A DNA stretch of 64,000 bases from Candidatus Magasanikiibacteriota bacterium. Lineage in GTDB: Bacteria > Patescibacteriota > Patescibacteriia > Magasanikbacterales > UBA922. Positions within the stretch are counted from its first letter, which is position 1. Every line of letters begins with the position of its first letter. This document shows positions 1 to 9,761 of this stretch, piece after piece. The notes beneath the pieces were generated by a model. It was not told the DNA's origin. It did not search any database and saw only the letters and a program-made list of their open reading frames with translations. A program made the translations under genes and the position numbers. The DNA lies in assembly GCA_018652595.1 (NCBI GenBank), contig JABIBU010000016.1:26911-90910 (forward strand), written 5' to 3'.

Positions 1-2
1 GT

Positions 3-548
3 GGAGAAAAATATAGAAACTCAGATTTACTAAAGGCAATGCTAGTCTCGTCTCTAAATACACCTGCTAGAATACTAGTAGATTCGGTAGAAGAAGATGA
101 GGCCAGCTTTATATCCAGCATGAACAAGCAAGCCAAAGATTGGGGCTTGGGAGAAACCAACTTTACCGATGTGTATGGTTATGATTTGGGAAACATAAGT
201 ACTGCTCGTGAATTTTTGACACTGTACTCAAAAGCAGAAAAAAATAAAACAGTTCGTGAAAATCTAGGTATGAAAAGTTACCAATATAATGAATTAAAGG
301 ATAAGGACGGCAAATCCAGCCATCACGACAATCATAGCAATAAGTTGGTAAATAAAGCTGGATTAAATTTTAATATAATTTCCAGTAAAACTGGATACCT
401 AAACGAGGCTGGTTCTGGATTAATAATGCTGATCGAAAGAAAGACTGATAATAAAAAATTTGTTGTAATAACTATGGGAAATCCAGATTACACAAATCGC
501 TTTGATGAACCTGAAAGACTGTCTGAATGGTCAATAGATAATTTTTAA
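3..548 (+). CDS. D-alanyl-D-alanine carboxypeptidase, peptidase S11 family (5'-truncated by window)
   Basis: Frame open from base 3; SxN motif (LLKAMLVSSLN) and KTG motif (SKTGYLNEAG). Confidence 0.85.
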   Translation, partial: GEKYRNSDLLKAMLVSSLNTPARILVDSVEEDEASFISSMNKQAKDWGLGETNFTDVYGYDLGNISTAREFLTLYSKAEKNKTVRENLGMKSYQYNELKDKDGKSSHHDNHSNKLVNKAGLNFNIISSKTGYLNEAGSGLIMLIERKTDNKKFVVITMGNPDYTNRFDEPERLSEWSIDNF

Positions 549-574
549 AAGTTAATAATTATAACACGATCACT

Positions 575-1363
575 ATGCTTGTATTCTCCGCTATTGTCCC
601 CCACCCACCAGTTCTTATACCAAGTATTGGTAAGGATGAAATTAAAAAAATAGAAAAAACAAAACAGGCTATTGAACAACTTGAGCAAGATTTGTACTTG
701 TCCAAGCCTGATATTATTATAATTATCTCTCCACATGGCAGTTTGTTTACAGATGCTTTTTCTATCAACGCTCACACCCACTTTGTTTCAGACTTTGAAC
801 AGTTTGGGGATCTTACCACCAAACTAGAGTGGACAGGAGCAGATTCATTGGCTGCCAAGATAAAACAAGGAATCGAAAATGAAGATGTACCATTACAACT
901 TATTAGCCAAGAACAGCTAGATCACGGCTCTACTATTCCTTTATATGGCCTAACCAAACATTTACCAGATATCAAAATTTTACCAATAGGATATTCAGAG
1001 CTCGAATCAAAAATACACTTAAAATTTGGAGAGTCTCTCAAAGAAGTTATAATGGAATCAAACAAACGTATTGCTGTTATTGCATCTGGCGACTTATCTC
1101 ACGCATTAACAACTGATGCACCAGCAGGATTCTCAAAAACAGGCCAAGAATTTGACAATAAAATTATAGAACTTTTGGAAAACAAAAATACAACTGGGAT
1201 TGCTAATATGGATGATAAAATTGTAGATAGCGCATCAGAATGCGGATATAGATCAATTTTAATCTTACTTGGCATCCTAAAAAATATGGACTACAGCTTT
1301 AAAAACTATTCCTACGAAGCTCCTTTCGGAGTTGGCTATTTGGTAGGAAATTTTGTATTATAA
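575..1363 (+). CDS. AmmeMemoRadiSam protein B / MEMO1-LigB family protein
   Basis: PHPP N-terminus, ISPHG, LDHG, ASGDLSH, ECG and YEAPFGVGY motifs. Confidence 0.85.
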   Translation: MLVFSAIVPHPPVLIPSIGKDEIKKIEKTKQAIEQLEQDLYLSKPDIIIIISPHGSLFTDAFSINAHTHFVSDFEQFGDLTTKLEWTGADSLAAKIKQGIENEDVPLQLISQEQLDHGSTIPLYGLTKHLPDIKILPIGYSELESKIHLKFGESLKEVIMESNKRIAVIASGDLSHALTTDAPAGFSKTGQEFDNKIIELLENKNTTGIANMDDKIVDSASECGYRSILILLGILKNMDYSFKNYSYEAPFGVGYLVGNFVL

Positions 1364-1367
1364 AACT

Positions 1368-1682
1368 ATGGATGGAATCGGAAAAATTCTAAAAAAGGTA
1401 GACGAACACAAGCCTAAACAGAACAAAAACATACACTCCGAAGCTCACTACTGGGCAGATGTTATCTCTACTGCATTTGGTGAAAAAAATAAGTTTGGCA
1501 TGTACTTGGGAGTAATAAAAAAAATCGGCGCCGATAGAGCTCAGCTGATTTTTAATGAATTAAAAAATTCAAATGTAAAAAGCCCAGGAAGACTATTTAT
1601 CTGGAAAAGCAATCCCAAAAATTTTATAGATCAAAACAAAAAAAATAATACTAATAAAGCATCCCTCTTCGGGAAGAAATGA
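1368..1682 (+). CDS. Hypothetical basic helical protein
   Basis: ATG at 1368; fills the gap in an apparent operon. Confidence 0.65.
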   Translation: MDGIGKILKKVDEHKPKQNKNIHSEAHYWADVISTAFGEKNKFGMYLGVIKKIGADRAQLIFNELKNSNVKSPGRLFIWKSNPKNFIDQNKKNNTNKASLFGKK

Positions 1683-1686
1683 AGCT

Positions 1687-2184
1687 ATGTTACAAATTAT
1701 AGCAATCCCAACTGAATCACTAAGAGAGGTATCAAAGGAAATTGATCGCAATTTTTTGTTATCCGCTAATACACAGCACTTTATACAGCAGTTAATTGCA
1801 ACCATGTACAACGATGACGGCGTAGGAATAGCTGCTCCGCAAGTTGAAAAAAATATCCGTATCTGCATCATTGGCACAGAAGGAATAAAGCTAGACAAAA
1901 AAACTTCAGTTAGTGCAGATGAAAACTTAATACTGGTGAACCCTGTCTGGACCAAAACCAGCATTAGAAAAGATTGGGACACCGAAGGGTGCTTGTCTGT
2001 ACCAAAAACTTATGGCAAAGTAAAACGCTACAAACATATTATGGTCAAAGCGCTCGACAAAGATGGGAATGAACTAAATTTTGAAGCCCACAACTTTTTT
2101 GCCAGGGTTATTCAACATGAAGTTGACCATCTAGATGGTATACTTTTTATTGATAAAGCTAAGGATATTTATGAAATCGATTAA
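1687..2184 (+). CDS. def: Peptide deformylase
   Basis: GVGIAAPQ, EGCLS and QHEVDHLDG motifs. Confidence 0.97.
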   Translation: MLQIIAIPTESLREVSKEIDRNFLLSANTQHFIQQLIATMYNDDGVGIAAPQVEKNIRICIIGTEGIKLDKKTSVSADENLILVNPVWTKTSIRKDWDTEGCLSVPKTYGKVKRYKHIMVKALDKDGNELNFEAHNFFARVIQHEVDHLDGILFIDKAKDIYEID

Positions 2185-3091
2185 AACAGTCTTCTTCGGC
2201 ACACATGACTTTGCCGTAACTATTTTACAAGGACTAATTGACAGTCCTCTTTTTGATATCGAACTTGTTATCACCCAACCAGACAAACCAGTCGGCCGAA
2301 AAAAAGAACTCACTCCACCACCAGTAAAACTTCTCGCGCAAAAACATAATATCAAAACAGACCAACCTTCTTCTCTTAAAGACTATAACCTAAAACCCAA
2401 TACTTACAACCTCGGAATTACAGCACAGTATGGCCTTCTTATACCTGAAAAGATATTAAATGCACCAATCCATGGAACACTAAACACTCACACATCTCTA
2501 TTACCAAAATACCGTGGTTCCTCCCCTATTCAGTCTGCTTTAATTGATGGTGAAACTGAGACTGGAGTAACAATAATGAAGATGGACAAAGGTCTGGATA
2601 CAGGACCTATAATTCTCCAAAAATCAATCAAAATAGAGCCAAACGACACTTATATCGACTTGGACAAAAAACTAGCTAAAATAGGCATTTCTGCCCTTCT
2701 AGAAGCAGTTCCAGCTTATGTTTCGGGTGAACTACAACCTTCCCACCAAGATGATTCACAAGCTACGACCTGCAAACAATTTACGCGTGAAGATGGGAAA
2801 GTTCATTGGAATAAAACTGCCAAAGAAATTTACAATCTCTATCGCGGTCTGACACCTTGGCCTGGTGTTTGGTCTATTTGGAAAGATAAGCGCCTAAAAC
2901 TTTTGAAAATTAAACCAGTTGACTTAGAATTAGAACCCGGTTTAGTAAAAACAGAAAATGGCAAGCTATATATAGGAACCACAGACAAATCAATTGAAGC
3001 TCTTGAATTGCAGCTGGAAGGCAAACAAAAAATGGATATTAAACAATTTATAAACGGCTACAAAAATATTGATAAGCAAATTTTAAAATAG
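2171..3091 (+). CDS. fmt: Methionyl-tRNA formyltransferase
   Basis: FFGT, TQPDKPVGR and HTSLLPKYRGSSPIQ motifs; follows def; ATG at 2171 preferred. Confidence 0.95.
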   Translation: MKSIKTVFFGTHDFAVTILQGLIDSPLFDIELVITQPDKPVGRKKELTPPPVKLLAQKHNIKTDQPSSLKDYNLKPNTYNLGITAQYGLLIPEKILNAPIHGTLNTHTSLLPKYRGSSPIQSALIDGETETGVTIMKMDKGLDTGPIILQKSIKIEPNDTYIDLDKKLAKIGISALLEAVPAYVSGELQPSHQDDSQATTCKQFTREDGKVHWNKTAKEIYNLYRGLTPWPGVWSIWKDKRLKLLKIKPVDLELEPGLVKTENGKLYIGTTDKSIEALELQLEGKQKMDIKQFINGYKNIDKQILK

Positions 3092-3105
3092 GAACACAAA
3101 TTAGT

Positions 3106-4587
3106 ATGCAAAAATTTCTAACTGAAAAATCAATCTTTTTTCAAAAACAAACTATGTTACTACTAGTTTTGTTTTTTTTACTCCGATTTGGTTCTTTTTT
3201 CTTGAATGGACATCTAATAATTCAAGGCATAATGGTTTTTGCACTACTAATGCTACTTGGAATTCTGTATTTCAAAAATCCTGATTGGGCATGGATGCTG
3301 GTATTGGGCGAAATATTTCTTGGTGGATCGGGTCACTATTTGGAATTCATTGGACTCTCAATTAGAACGCTATTCATTGGTTTCTTTTTATTCCTCTGGG
3401 CATCCGACAATATAGGCCGGAGTATACTGAAAAAAAGACTAAAAATTCACAAATATACAAACTGGATAATTTCACTATTATTTTTATCCTTATTTTTTGC
3501 TTTTGTAAATGGAATTTATCATGGCCACGAAGCTCATCGAGTGATTCAAGACTTTATGCCATTTACTTTTTTATTTCTTATTTTTCCATCTTATCACCTG
3601 TTCAAAGAAACAAAGATTCAAAACTATCTGGCTCGTCTAATGCTAGTCTTTATTATTGGGACAGCTATTTTTTCACTGTTTTCTTTTGGGCTTTTTTCAT
3701 TAGGAATTACCGAGATTCATGAGCCTTTTTACAATTGGTACAGAGACATCGATGTCGGAAAAATAACAGACATGGGAACTGGTTTTTTTAGAATAGTAGA
3801 GACAACCCATCTAATGATCGTACCTTTAATTTTAATAATATCATCACTATTAATGAGGAATGAGAAACACCATAAAATGTGGCGACTACTCCTAATACTA
3901 TCAATTATAATTCTAGTGCTAAATCTATCTCGTGGTTATTTCCTTGCTTTAGGGGTTGGGCTCCTAGTCTTGAAATACAAACACAAATGGAAACAGTGGA
4001 TAAAAGAATCGCTATACACAATACTGTTAGTTGTTGTAATTTTTTCTAGTCTACATTTTATGGCTAGCGCTGGACAGTCTTTTGGTTGGGAATTGTTCGG
4101 TGTTCGATTAAAAAGCTTTACTCAACCGCAAATTGAAGTTAGTACCAATACTCGAATGATGATCCTACCAAACATAGTACAAATGATTGGTCAAAATCCA
4201 GTCTTGGGTATAGGGCTTGGTGCAACTGTTACTTTTATAAATTACAACACATACGAAAGCCTTACAACACCACATTTTGACTGGGGGTATCTAGAAATGT
4301 GGGCAGAACTAGGCCTACCAGGCACTCTGATGCTTATATTTTTATATTGCTTTGTTGCGTATGCTCTAATAAAAAAAATAAAAGCCATCCCTGAGTGGCA
4401 TGACTTTGATGTTGGATTGCTAGCTGCTATTATATCCCTTCTAGTGATGAATATTACGATCGCAGCACTATTTCATGTCTTTGGAATTTTATTCCTGATC
4501 TTCGCACTCACTATTGCGACAAAATATACTGAAATTTTTGATAGAACCACAGCTTTGCTTTATCAGATGTTTAATCGAATGAAATAA
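3106..4587 (+). CDS. O-antigen ligase / Wzy-like polytopic membrane protein
   Basis: Many TM segments; SRG motif, PVLGIGLG and H..YLEMWAELGLPG. Confidence 0.8.
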   Translation: MQKFLTEKSIFFQKQTMLLLVLFFLLRFGSFFLNGHLIIQGIMVFALLMLLGILYFKNPDWAWMLVLGEIFLGGSGHYLEFIGLSIRTLFIGFFLFLWASDNIGRSILKKRLKIHKYTNWIISLLFLSLFFAFVNGIYHGHEAHRVIQDFMPFTFLFLIFPSYHLFKETKIQNYLARLMLVFIIGTAIFSLFSFGLFSLGITEIHEPFYNWYRDIDVGKITDMGTGFFRIVETTHLMIVPLILIISSLLMRNEKHHKMWRLLLILSIIILVLNLSRGYFLALGVGLLVLKYKHKWKQWIKESLYTILLVVVIFSSLHFMASAGQSFGWELFGVRLKSFTQPQIEVSTNTRMMILPNIVQMIGQNPVLGIGLGATVTFINYNTYESLTTPHFDWGYLEMWAELGLPGTLMLIFLYCFVAYALIKKIKAIPEWHDFDVGLLAAIISLLVMNITIAALFHVFGILFLIFALTIATKYTEIFDRTTALLYQMFNRMK

Positions 4588-4607
4588 AATATTTTATAAA
4601 TGACAAT

Positions 4608-4638
4608 GCCGAGGATCCTCCAGGTCCTCGGCTTTTTT
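4608..4638 (+). terminator. Intrinsic terminator
   Basis: GCCGAGGA/TCCTCGGC stem followed by T6. Confidence 0.75.
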
Positions 4639-4677
4639 GTCCCTCCGTACCATAGAGGTCTTGCAGCGAAATAGCTA

Positions 4678-4887
4678 CTACCTCACGGCCTGTCTCAACC
4701 CGTCGGTGGTTTTCCTCCTCAGGGTTTCCGCCTCTCCAGAAGCCTCTTGTCGTGCCCGCTCACGAGCCCGCTCCAGGGCTTCCAGCATAGGCTCGCCGGT
4801 GAAAGGAGATGTAACACTCTCGTGTTCGAACCCCTCTCCGTACCCATTGGCTCCGTGCCCTCTCTTGTAGCTCCAAAATGACCGCAT
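4678..4887 (-). CDS. Orphan 69-aa GC-rich ORF downstream of a SAM-I-like RNA
   Basis: AGAGG SD-like sequence upstream; charged helical C-terminal half; no recognisable family. Confidence 0.5.
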   Translation of the reverse strand: MRSFWSYKRGHGANGYGEGFEHESVTSPFTGEPMLEALERARERARQEASGEAETLRRKTTDGLRQAVR

Positions 4888-4919
4888 CCCACACCTCTTC
4901 TCAGAGAAAAAGTTAAGGA

Positions 4920-5025
4920 TGCATCTTCCCTCGTCTCACGACGAAGAGCTGATTACCACCTTGCCAGAAAACCTCCGGTAGGTTGGCGGGTTGAGACCAG
5001 CTACTCCATATCCCTTCTAGATGCA
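4920..5025 (-). ncRNA. SAM-I-like riboswitch aptamer (variant)
   Basis: P1 UGCAUCU/AGAUGCA; AUCUAGA at P1-J1/2; P3 core CCAACC...GGUGG; L2 AGCUGGU complementary to J3/4 AUCAGCU; P4 closed by a GUGA tetraloop; AAGAUG at J4/1. Confidence 0.6.
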
Positions 5026-5091
5026 AACACTTGCCACACAGCAAGACAAAATAAACTTAAAAATTTACTTTGTCCTACTGTGAACAAAAAT

Positions 5092-5120
5092 ATAGTAACA
5101 AAAAAAGACTAAAAAGTCAA
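5092..5120 (-). promoter_or_regulatory. sigma70-type promoter
   Basis: TTGACT-N17-TACTAT with extended TG. Confidence 0.7.
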
Positions 5121-5141
5121 TACCACCGCTGTGAATTATAA

Positions 5142-5843
5142 TTATTTTAATTTATGCTTTTCTAAAACAACCTTTTTTGCATCTTCGTACTCTCTCACTC
5201 GCTTTGAAATTCCAGGTAAACACTTGAAAGGAACCCCATAAGCAATTCTTGGCAACCAACCACTCATTGTACCGCCACCTAGTATTGTAAATAAATATTC
5301 ATCTACCCAAACGCCAGCCTTACCTTTCTCAGCCATACCCAACCAAAGATCCCAATCTTGAAACCTCTTCAAGCTCTCATCCCATTTCATCACATCTTTT
5401 CTACGGATTAAACTGGTGCTGTGAATATAATTATTTTTTTCCAATTCACTCTCATCAAATTTTCTAGCAGGAATTTTTTTTGTTATATATTTTATGATAG
5501 ATGTCTCATGATTGCAATATGCATAACTCGCTTCACTATTCTCTTGCAACTCACCACACATCTTTTCCAACATTTCAGACTCTCCAATCACATCCGCATC
5601 CCAAAATATCACATACTCACCTTTTGCTTCTTCCAACCCCCTGTTCCTGGCACTCGGCGCTCCCTTATTTTCTTGTCTGATTAATTTAACAGAATCATCT
5701 ACCTCAACTTTCTCATCACTACCATCATCTACTACTATGATTTCAATGTTTTTATAAATTTGTCTTTTTATTGAATCTAAAACCTTAGGCAACAAATGCA
5801 CTCGGTTATATATTGGAATAATTACACTGATTAATTCTTTCAT
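5142..5843 (-). CDS. Glycosyltransferase family 2
   Basis: ISVIIPIYN, VDDGS, ARNRG and DAD motifs; ATG at 5843 preferred because the longer ORF runs through a repeat. Confidence 0.92.
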   Translation of the reverse strand: MKELISVIIPIYNRVHLLPKVLDSIKRQIYKNIEIIVVDDGSDEKVEVDDSVKLIRQENKGAPSARNRGLEEAKGEYVIFWDADVIGESEMLEKMCGELQENSEASYAYCNHETSIIKYITKKIPARKFDESELEKNNYIHSTSLIRRKDVMKWDESLKRFQDWDLWLGMAEKGKAGVWVDEYLFTILGGGTMSGWLPRIAYGVPFKCLPGISKRVREYEDAKKVVLEKHKLK

Positions 5844-5851
5844 AGAAAATG

Positions 5852-5977
5852 TGTCATTGCGAGGAGTGAGTATACACAACGCGGCAATCTCATACATTAA
5901 TAGCGATACTAATGTATCAAAAACTGAGATTGCCACGCAAAAAATTTTCTTTCAGAAATTTACTGCTCGCAATGACA
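5852..5977. repeat. GTCATTGCGAG-type nested palindromic element (REP/MITE-like)
   Basis: TGTCATTGCGAG/CTCGCAATGACA terminal inverted repeat; inner GGCAATCTC/GAGATTGCC and ATACATTA/TAATGTAT. Confidence 0.8.
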
Positions 5978-6000
5978 GTGTTTTTATAATTTGGATCACC

Positions 6001-7134
6001 CTACATCCACTTACCAATCACTTTCATCTGACTATCCCACTTAAAATTTGCCCGAACCCTGATCCTTGCATTCTCAGATAATCTCTTGGCATATTCATCA
6101 TTATCAAACATTTCTGCAATTGATTTTATTACACTCTTGTCGCCCTTATATATATCGACTAGAACACCAGTCTGTGTGTGAAGCACTGCTTCTTCTACAC
6201 CACCACTCTTACCTGCCACAACAGGCAATCCAGCTGCCGCTGCCTCCAGATAGACCAAACCTAACCCCTCTTCTCTACCTTCATCTGGATGAGTAAGCAA
6301 TACAAACAAATCTGCCAAATGATAAAACTTGTTCAATTCTTCGTGTGGTACCTCACCAATAAACCTAACTACACTCTGCAAAGAATTCTTTTGTATTTCT
6401 TTTAACAAAAAATCTTTCTTCGGACCATCACCAACCACAAACCAAACCAAATTTGGAACTTCTTTCAATATCTCTGGCAACATTCTAATAAGATGAGTGT
6501 AACCCTTACCCTCATCCAGCCTGGCAACAGTTAGCATTACTTTTTTCCCTTCCAAGGCATACTGCGCCTTTAGACTATTATTTTCTTCCTCGCTCATTTC
6601 ATCATAAAAAATCTGCTCTGGACAAGGATACAGCACACTTGCCTTACTCTCATACTCGGGCAATACTTTTAATAGTCTGTGTTTCAAATTTTTGCTGTTA
6701 AATACAATCTGCTCAGAATCTTCCAAAACTTTTTTTAACATTCCTCGTTTCCACCTAGATCTGGTAGCATACTCTATATCTGTACCATGTGAAAAAACCA
6801 GATAAGGAATTTTTTTGAACTTTTTTATAAGCCTGGCTACATGCCCAACTGGCAATACGTGATGCAAATAAATTATCTCGATTTTTTCTTTTTTTATAAT
6901 TCGTAACACCTGAAAAAATAACTTGATCCATCTAGGCCAAATAAAGACCGGGAAAAGCATGTTTTTTCTAATTGTCTTAAATTTTTCCCCCTTATCAAAT
7001 TCTTTTGCATTCTTGTAGCCCGGTGCCAATACGACAACATCAGCTGGATCTAGCTCGCCAGCAAATTGACGAACATAACTAGCTATTCCACCAATCTTTG
7101 GTGGATACTCAAATGTAATAATTAATTTTTTCAT
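6001..7134 (-). CDS. Glycosyltransferase family 4
   Basis: PPKIGGI, HGTD, ARL..KG and EGLGLVYLEA motifs. Confidence 0.93.
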   Translation of the reverse strand: MKKLIITFEYPPKIGGIASYVRQFAGELDPADVVVLAPGYKNAKEFDKGEKFKTIRKNMLFPVFIWPRWIKLFFQVLRIIKKEKIEIIYLHHVLPVGHVARLIKKFKKIPYLVFSHGTDIEYATRSRWKRGMLKKVLEDSEQIVFNSKNLKHRLLKVLPEYESKASVLYPCPEQIFYDEMSEEENNSLKAQYALEGKKVMLTVARLDEGKGYTHLIRMLPEILKEVPNLVWFVVGDGPKKDFLLKEIQKNSLQSVVRFIGEVPHEELNKFYHLADLFVLLTHPDEGREEGLGLVYLEAAAAGLPVVAGKSGGVEEAVLHTQTGVLVDIYKGDKSVIKSIAEMFDNDEYAKRLSENARIRVRANFKWDSQMKVIGKWM

Positions 7135-7195
7135 AAACAAATACTTTAAAAACTTTATCAGAGCATACCGATGCCCTGTGGGTATAAACTAGCAA

Positions 7196-8629
7196 TTATT
7201 TTTTTACCAAAACCAAGGCCTCTTTTAGTTGCTCAGTAGTAATAGCACGAGTCACAAACAACATTATAGGATAGATAGCAGCACCAATCAGAATTGCAAC
7301 TGTATAGTGAGAAATTTGATTTATAAAATATACTACCAGACCCATTACTATCGCTGAAATAAAAATTTGCAAAAATGACTTGAACAAAAACCAATGGGAT
7401 ATTTTTGTAATACTTGGCATTACAAGATAGCCAAATAAGGTTAGACAAAAATTACCAACGAGGGCTGATACCGCTGCCCCAACCACGCCAATTCTAGGAA
7501 TTAAAATTAAATTCAAAATAATATTAATCACCATTACAAAAAATACTATTACCGTCTGTGTGATCTGACGATTACAGGCGTTAAGAAAAGCCCCGATTGG
7601 AAAGCTAACATATGAAAAGATAAGACCTGCGAGTAATATTTGCAAAGGCAAAATGGAATTAATATACTCTGCAGTATAGAGAGACAAAATAATATCTCTC
7701 GCCAACACACCAATCCCAATTGCAATTGGAAAAACAATTATAAGCAAATACTTCATCCCACGCTCAAAAATATAGGATAGCTTTTCTTTATCTTTTTCAA
7801 AGTACTCACTAAACTTGGGATAGAGTGCCGCAACTAAGGCTAATGGCATAAATTGAAAAGCATAAGTAATCTTATAGGGAATACTGTACCAGCCCACTGC
7901 AATATCTCCAGCAAGCTTGGAAAGCAAAATTGAATCTATATAAGAATAGACTCGACCGAATATAGCGGTAAGAGCAAATGGAATAGCAATCAAAGCCATA
8001 AATCGTAGGGCTTGTTTGTCCAATTTTGGCTGGAATCTAATTTTATATTTTTTGAACAATACCGTCGCACTATATACAACATTCAAAAAACTAGGAATTG
8101 TAAAGGCAGCTATCAACCAAATAAGCGGCATTTTTAAATACAAAAATGTCGTACCCAAGATAAGAGTCATAAACTGACTAGCAGTAATTGCAATTGCCTC
8201 ATACTTCAAATTTCCAATCGCTCGCAATACTCCATAAATAGTGAGATGGAGTGAATCAAAAAGCATCGTGATAGCTGAAAGATAGACCAAATGTTTGGTC
8301 TCCACTGGATAGCCCATAATATTTATCACAAGCAAAGCTAAAAGGTATGTAATAACTCCCAAAAATATTTTTGTAAACAAAACACTAGAAAAATATTTTT
8401 GCAATCTATCCTTACCCTTTGCACCTTCACGGATCAAAACCTGTGTTAATCCGAGATCAATAAACACTACAAATACCGTAGTAAAGGACAATGCAAAAAA
8501 ATACTTCCCAGTCCCCTCTGCACCGATGTTTCGTGCTATCAAAGTAAAGTAAACAAAAGAAATCACCTTCTGTCCCACAGAGGCAATCGTCATAAATGCT
8601 GTATTTTTTGCAATAGATTTTCCTTCCAT
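7196..8629 (-). CDS. Polysaccharide flippase (Wzx/MOP family)
   Basis: IARNIG, DLGL, ~14 TM segments, LIPRIGVVGAA. Confidence 0.9.
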   Translation of the reverse strand: MEGKSIAKNTAFMTIASVGQKVISFVYFTLIARNIGAEGTGKYFFALSFTTVFVVFIDLGLTQVLIREGAKGKDRLQKYFSSVLFTKIFLGVITYLLALLVINIMGYPVETKHLVYLSAITMLFDSLHLTIYGVLRAIGNLKYEAIAITASQFMTLILGTTFLYLKMPLIWLIAAFTIPSFLNVVYSATVLFKKYKIRFQPKLDKQALRFMALIAIPFALTAIFGRVYSYIDSILLSKLAGDIAVGWYSIPYKITYAFQFMPLALVAALYPKFSEYFEKDKEKLSYIFERGMKYLLIIVFPIAIGIGVLARDIILSLYTAEYINSILPLQILLAGLIFSYVSFPIGAFLNACNRQITQTVIVFFVMVINIILNLILIPRIGVVGAAVSALVGNFCLTLFGYLVMPSITKISHWFLFKSFLQIFISAIVMGLVVYFINQISHYTVAILIGAAIYPIMLFVTRAITTEQLKEALVLVKK

Positions 8630-8669
8630 ATTTAACTATATTTTACGCTAAAATGGAGGAAAAATCAAA

Positions 8670-8698
8670 TTGACAAATTACCAAATAACTGCTAATAT
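8670..8698 (+). promoter_or_regulatory. sigma70-type promoter
   Basis: TTGACA-N17-TAATAT with extended TG. Confidence 0.65.
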
Positions 8699-8737
8699 AT
8701 TTTTAGGCAATAAGGCCATCAAAATACAGGTGACAAA

Positions 8738-9127
8738 ATGAACAAAAAGGAGAAAACGAGTGAGCTGAACCTAACAACCAGGAGACGAAGCTACAGAAAA
8801 AGAACTATCAAATTCAGAGGGCGCTTCTATCGCCTGAATGGGATAGAAAGAGAATTTGATTGCGTTGTGGCTGGTGACAGACTCATCACCAAACTCACCT
8901 GCCCGAACCACCCTCAAAGGGCTTACGGCCAATGGGAACTGGAAGTGGCTGACGTGGTACCGTGCAAAGACTACGAAGATCTTGTGTACATGACATGTTT
9001 CCTGCGTTACAACTACAGCCCTCACGACCTCAGAAAAGTTGTATTCATCACCCTCTTTGCTTATCCAGACGGAAGAGGCTGGATTCACTCAATCTGCCAC
9101 ATGGAACGTGAGAAGAGGAGGAAATAA
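8738..9127 (+). CDS. Orphan hypothetical protein (GC-richer than flanks)
   Basis: 129-aa ORF with its own promoter and 3' hairpins. Confidence 0.6.
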   Translation: MNKKEKTSELNLTTRRRSYRKRTIKFRGRFYRLNGIEREFDCVVAGDRLITKLTCPNHPQRAYGQWELEVADVVPCKDYEDLVYMTCFLRYNYSPHDLRKVVFITLFAYPDGRGWIHSICHMEREKRRK

Positions 9128-9262
9128 GGTAGAATAACAACTACCACAACCAACGCAGCCTGTTTTAGGCAGAAGACAATGAATCATCCGTCAACTGCTC
9201 CAGCTCTGAAATTATTCAGATCTGAAGTAGGAGAATTTACGGATGGTTTTTTGTTTTAAAAC

Positions 9263-9289
9263 AAAAAACCCTGCTTTCGCAGGATTTTG
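9263..9289. terminator. Terminator between convergent units
   Basis: CCTGC/GCAGG stem flanked by A and T tracts. Confidence 0.6.
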
Positions 9290-9346
9290 TATTTTATTCC
9301 ATGTATACTGTCCCCGTAGAGGGATGCTCTGTGGGTAAATCGTGTT

Positions 9347-9748
9347 CTAACGCTTTCTCCACTGATGAGCTCTTCTAGCACGATGAAGTCCTGGTTTCTT
9401 TCTTTCTTTTGCTCTTGGATCACGTGTCATATAGCCTTCAGCTTTCAAAGCTGGTTTCCATTCTTCATTCCACTTTACCAATGCACGAGAAATTCCATGG
9501 CGTACTGCCTCAGCTTGAGAGTTTACACCACCACCAATTACTTTTACACTTACATCAAAATCTTTTTCTTTTCCTACAGCCTTTAGGGGTGCTATTACTT
9601 TGTCACTCCAAAGATCTACAGGAAAATATTCTGGTAATGTTTTACCATTAATAGTAACAACTCCTTTTCCTAAAGTAATTTTTACTCTGGCAGCAGATGT
9701 CTTTCTTCTTCCGACGGCTCTCACTAAATTTTGATCTTCTTTTACCAT
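9347..9748 (-). CDS. rpsI: 30S ribosomal protein S9
   Basis: GRRKTSAARV, GGG..SQAEAVRHG and ERKKPGL motifs. Confidence 0.97.
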   Translation of the reverse strand: MVKEDQNLVRAVGRRKTSAARVKITLGKGVVTINGKTLPEYFPVDLWSDKVIAPLKAVGKEKDFDVSVKVIGGGVNSQAEAVRHGISRALVKWNEEWKPALKAEGYMTRDPRAKERKKPGLHRARRAHQWRKR

Positions 9749-9761
9749 ATTCAAACTGATT

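Noticed and set aside
4821-4846. tRNA-like GTTCGAACCCC
   Set aside because: No T-stem pairing or cloverleaf on either strand
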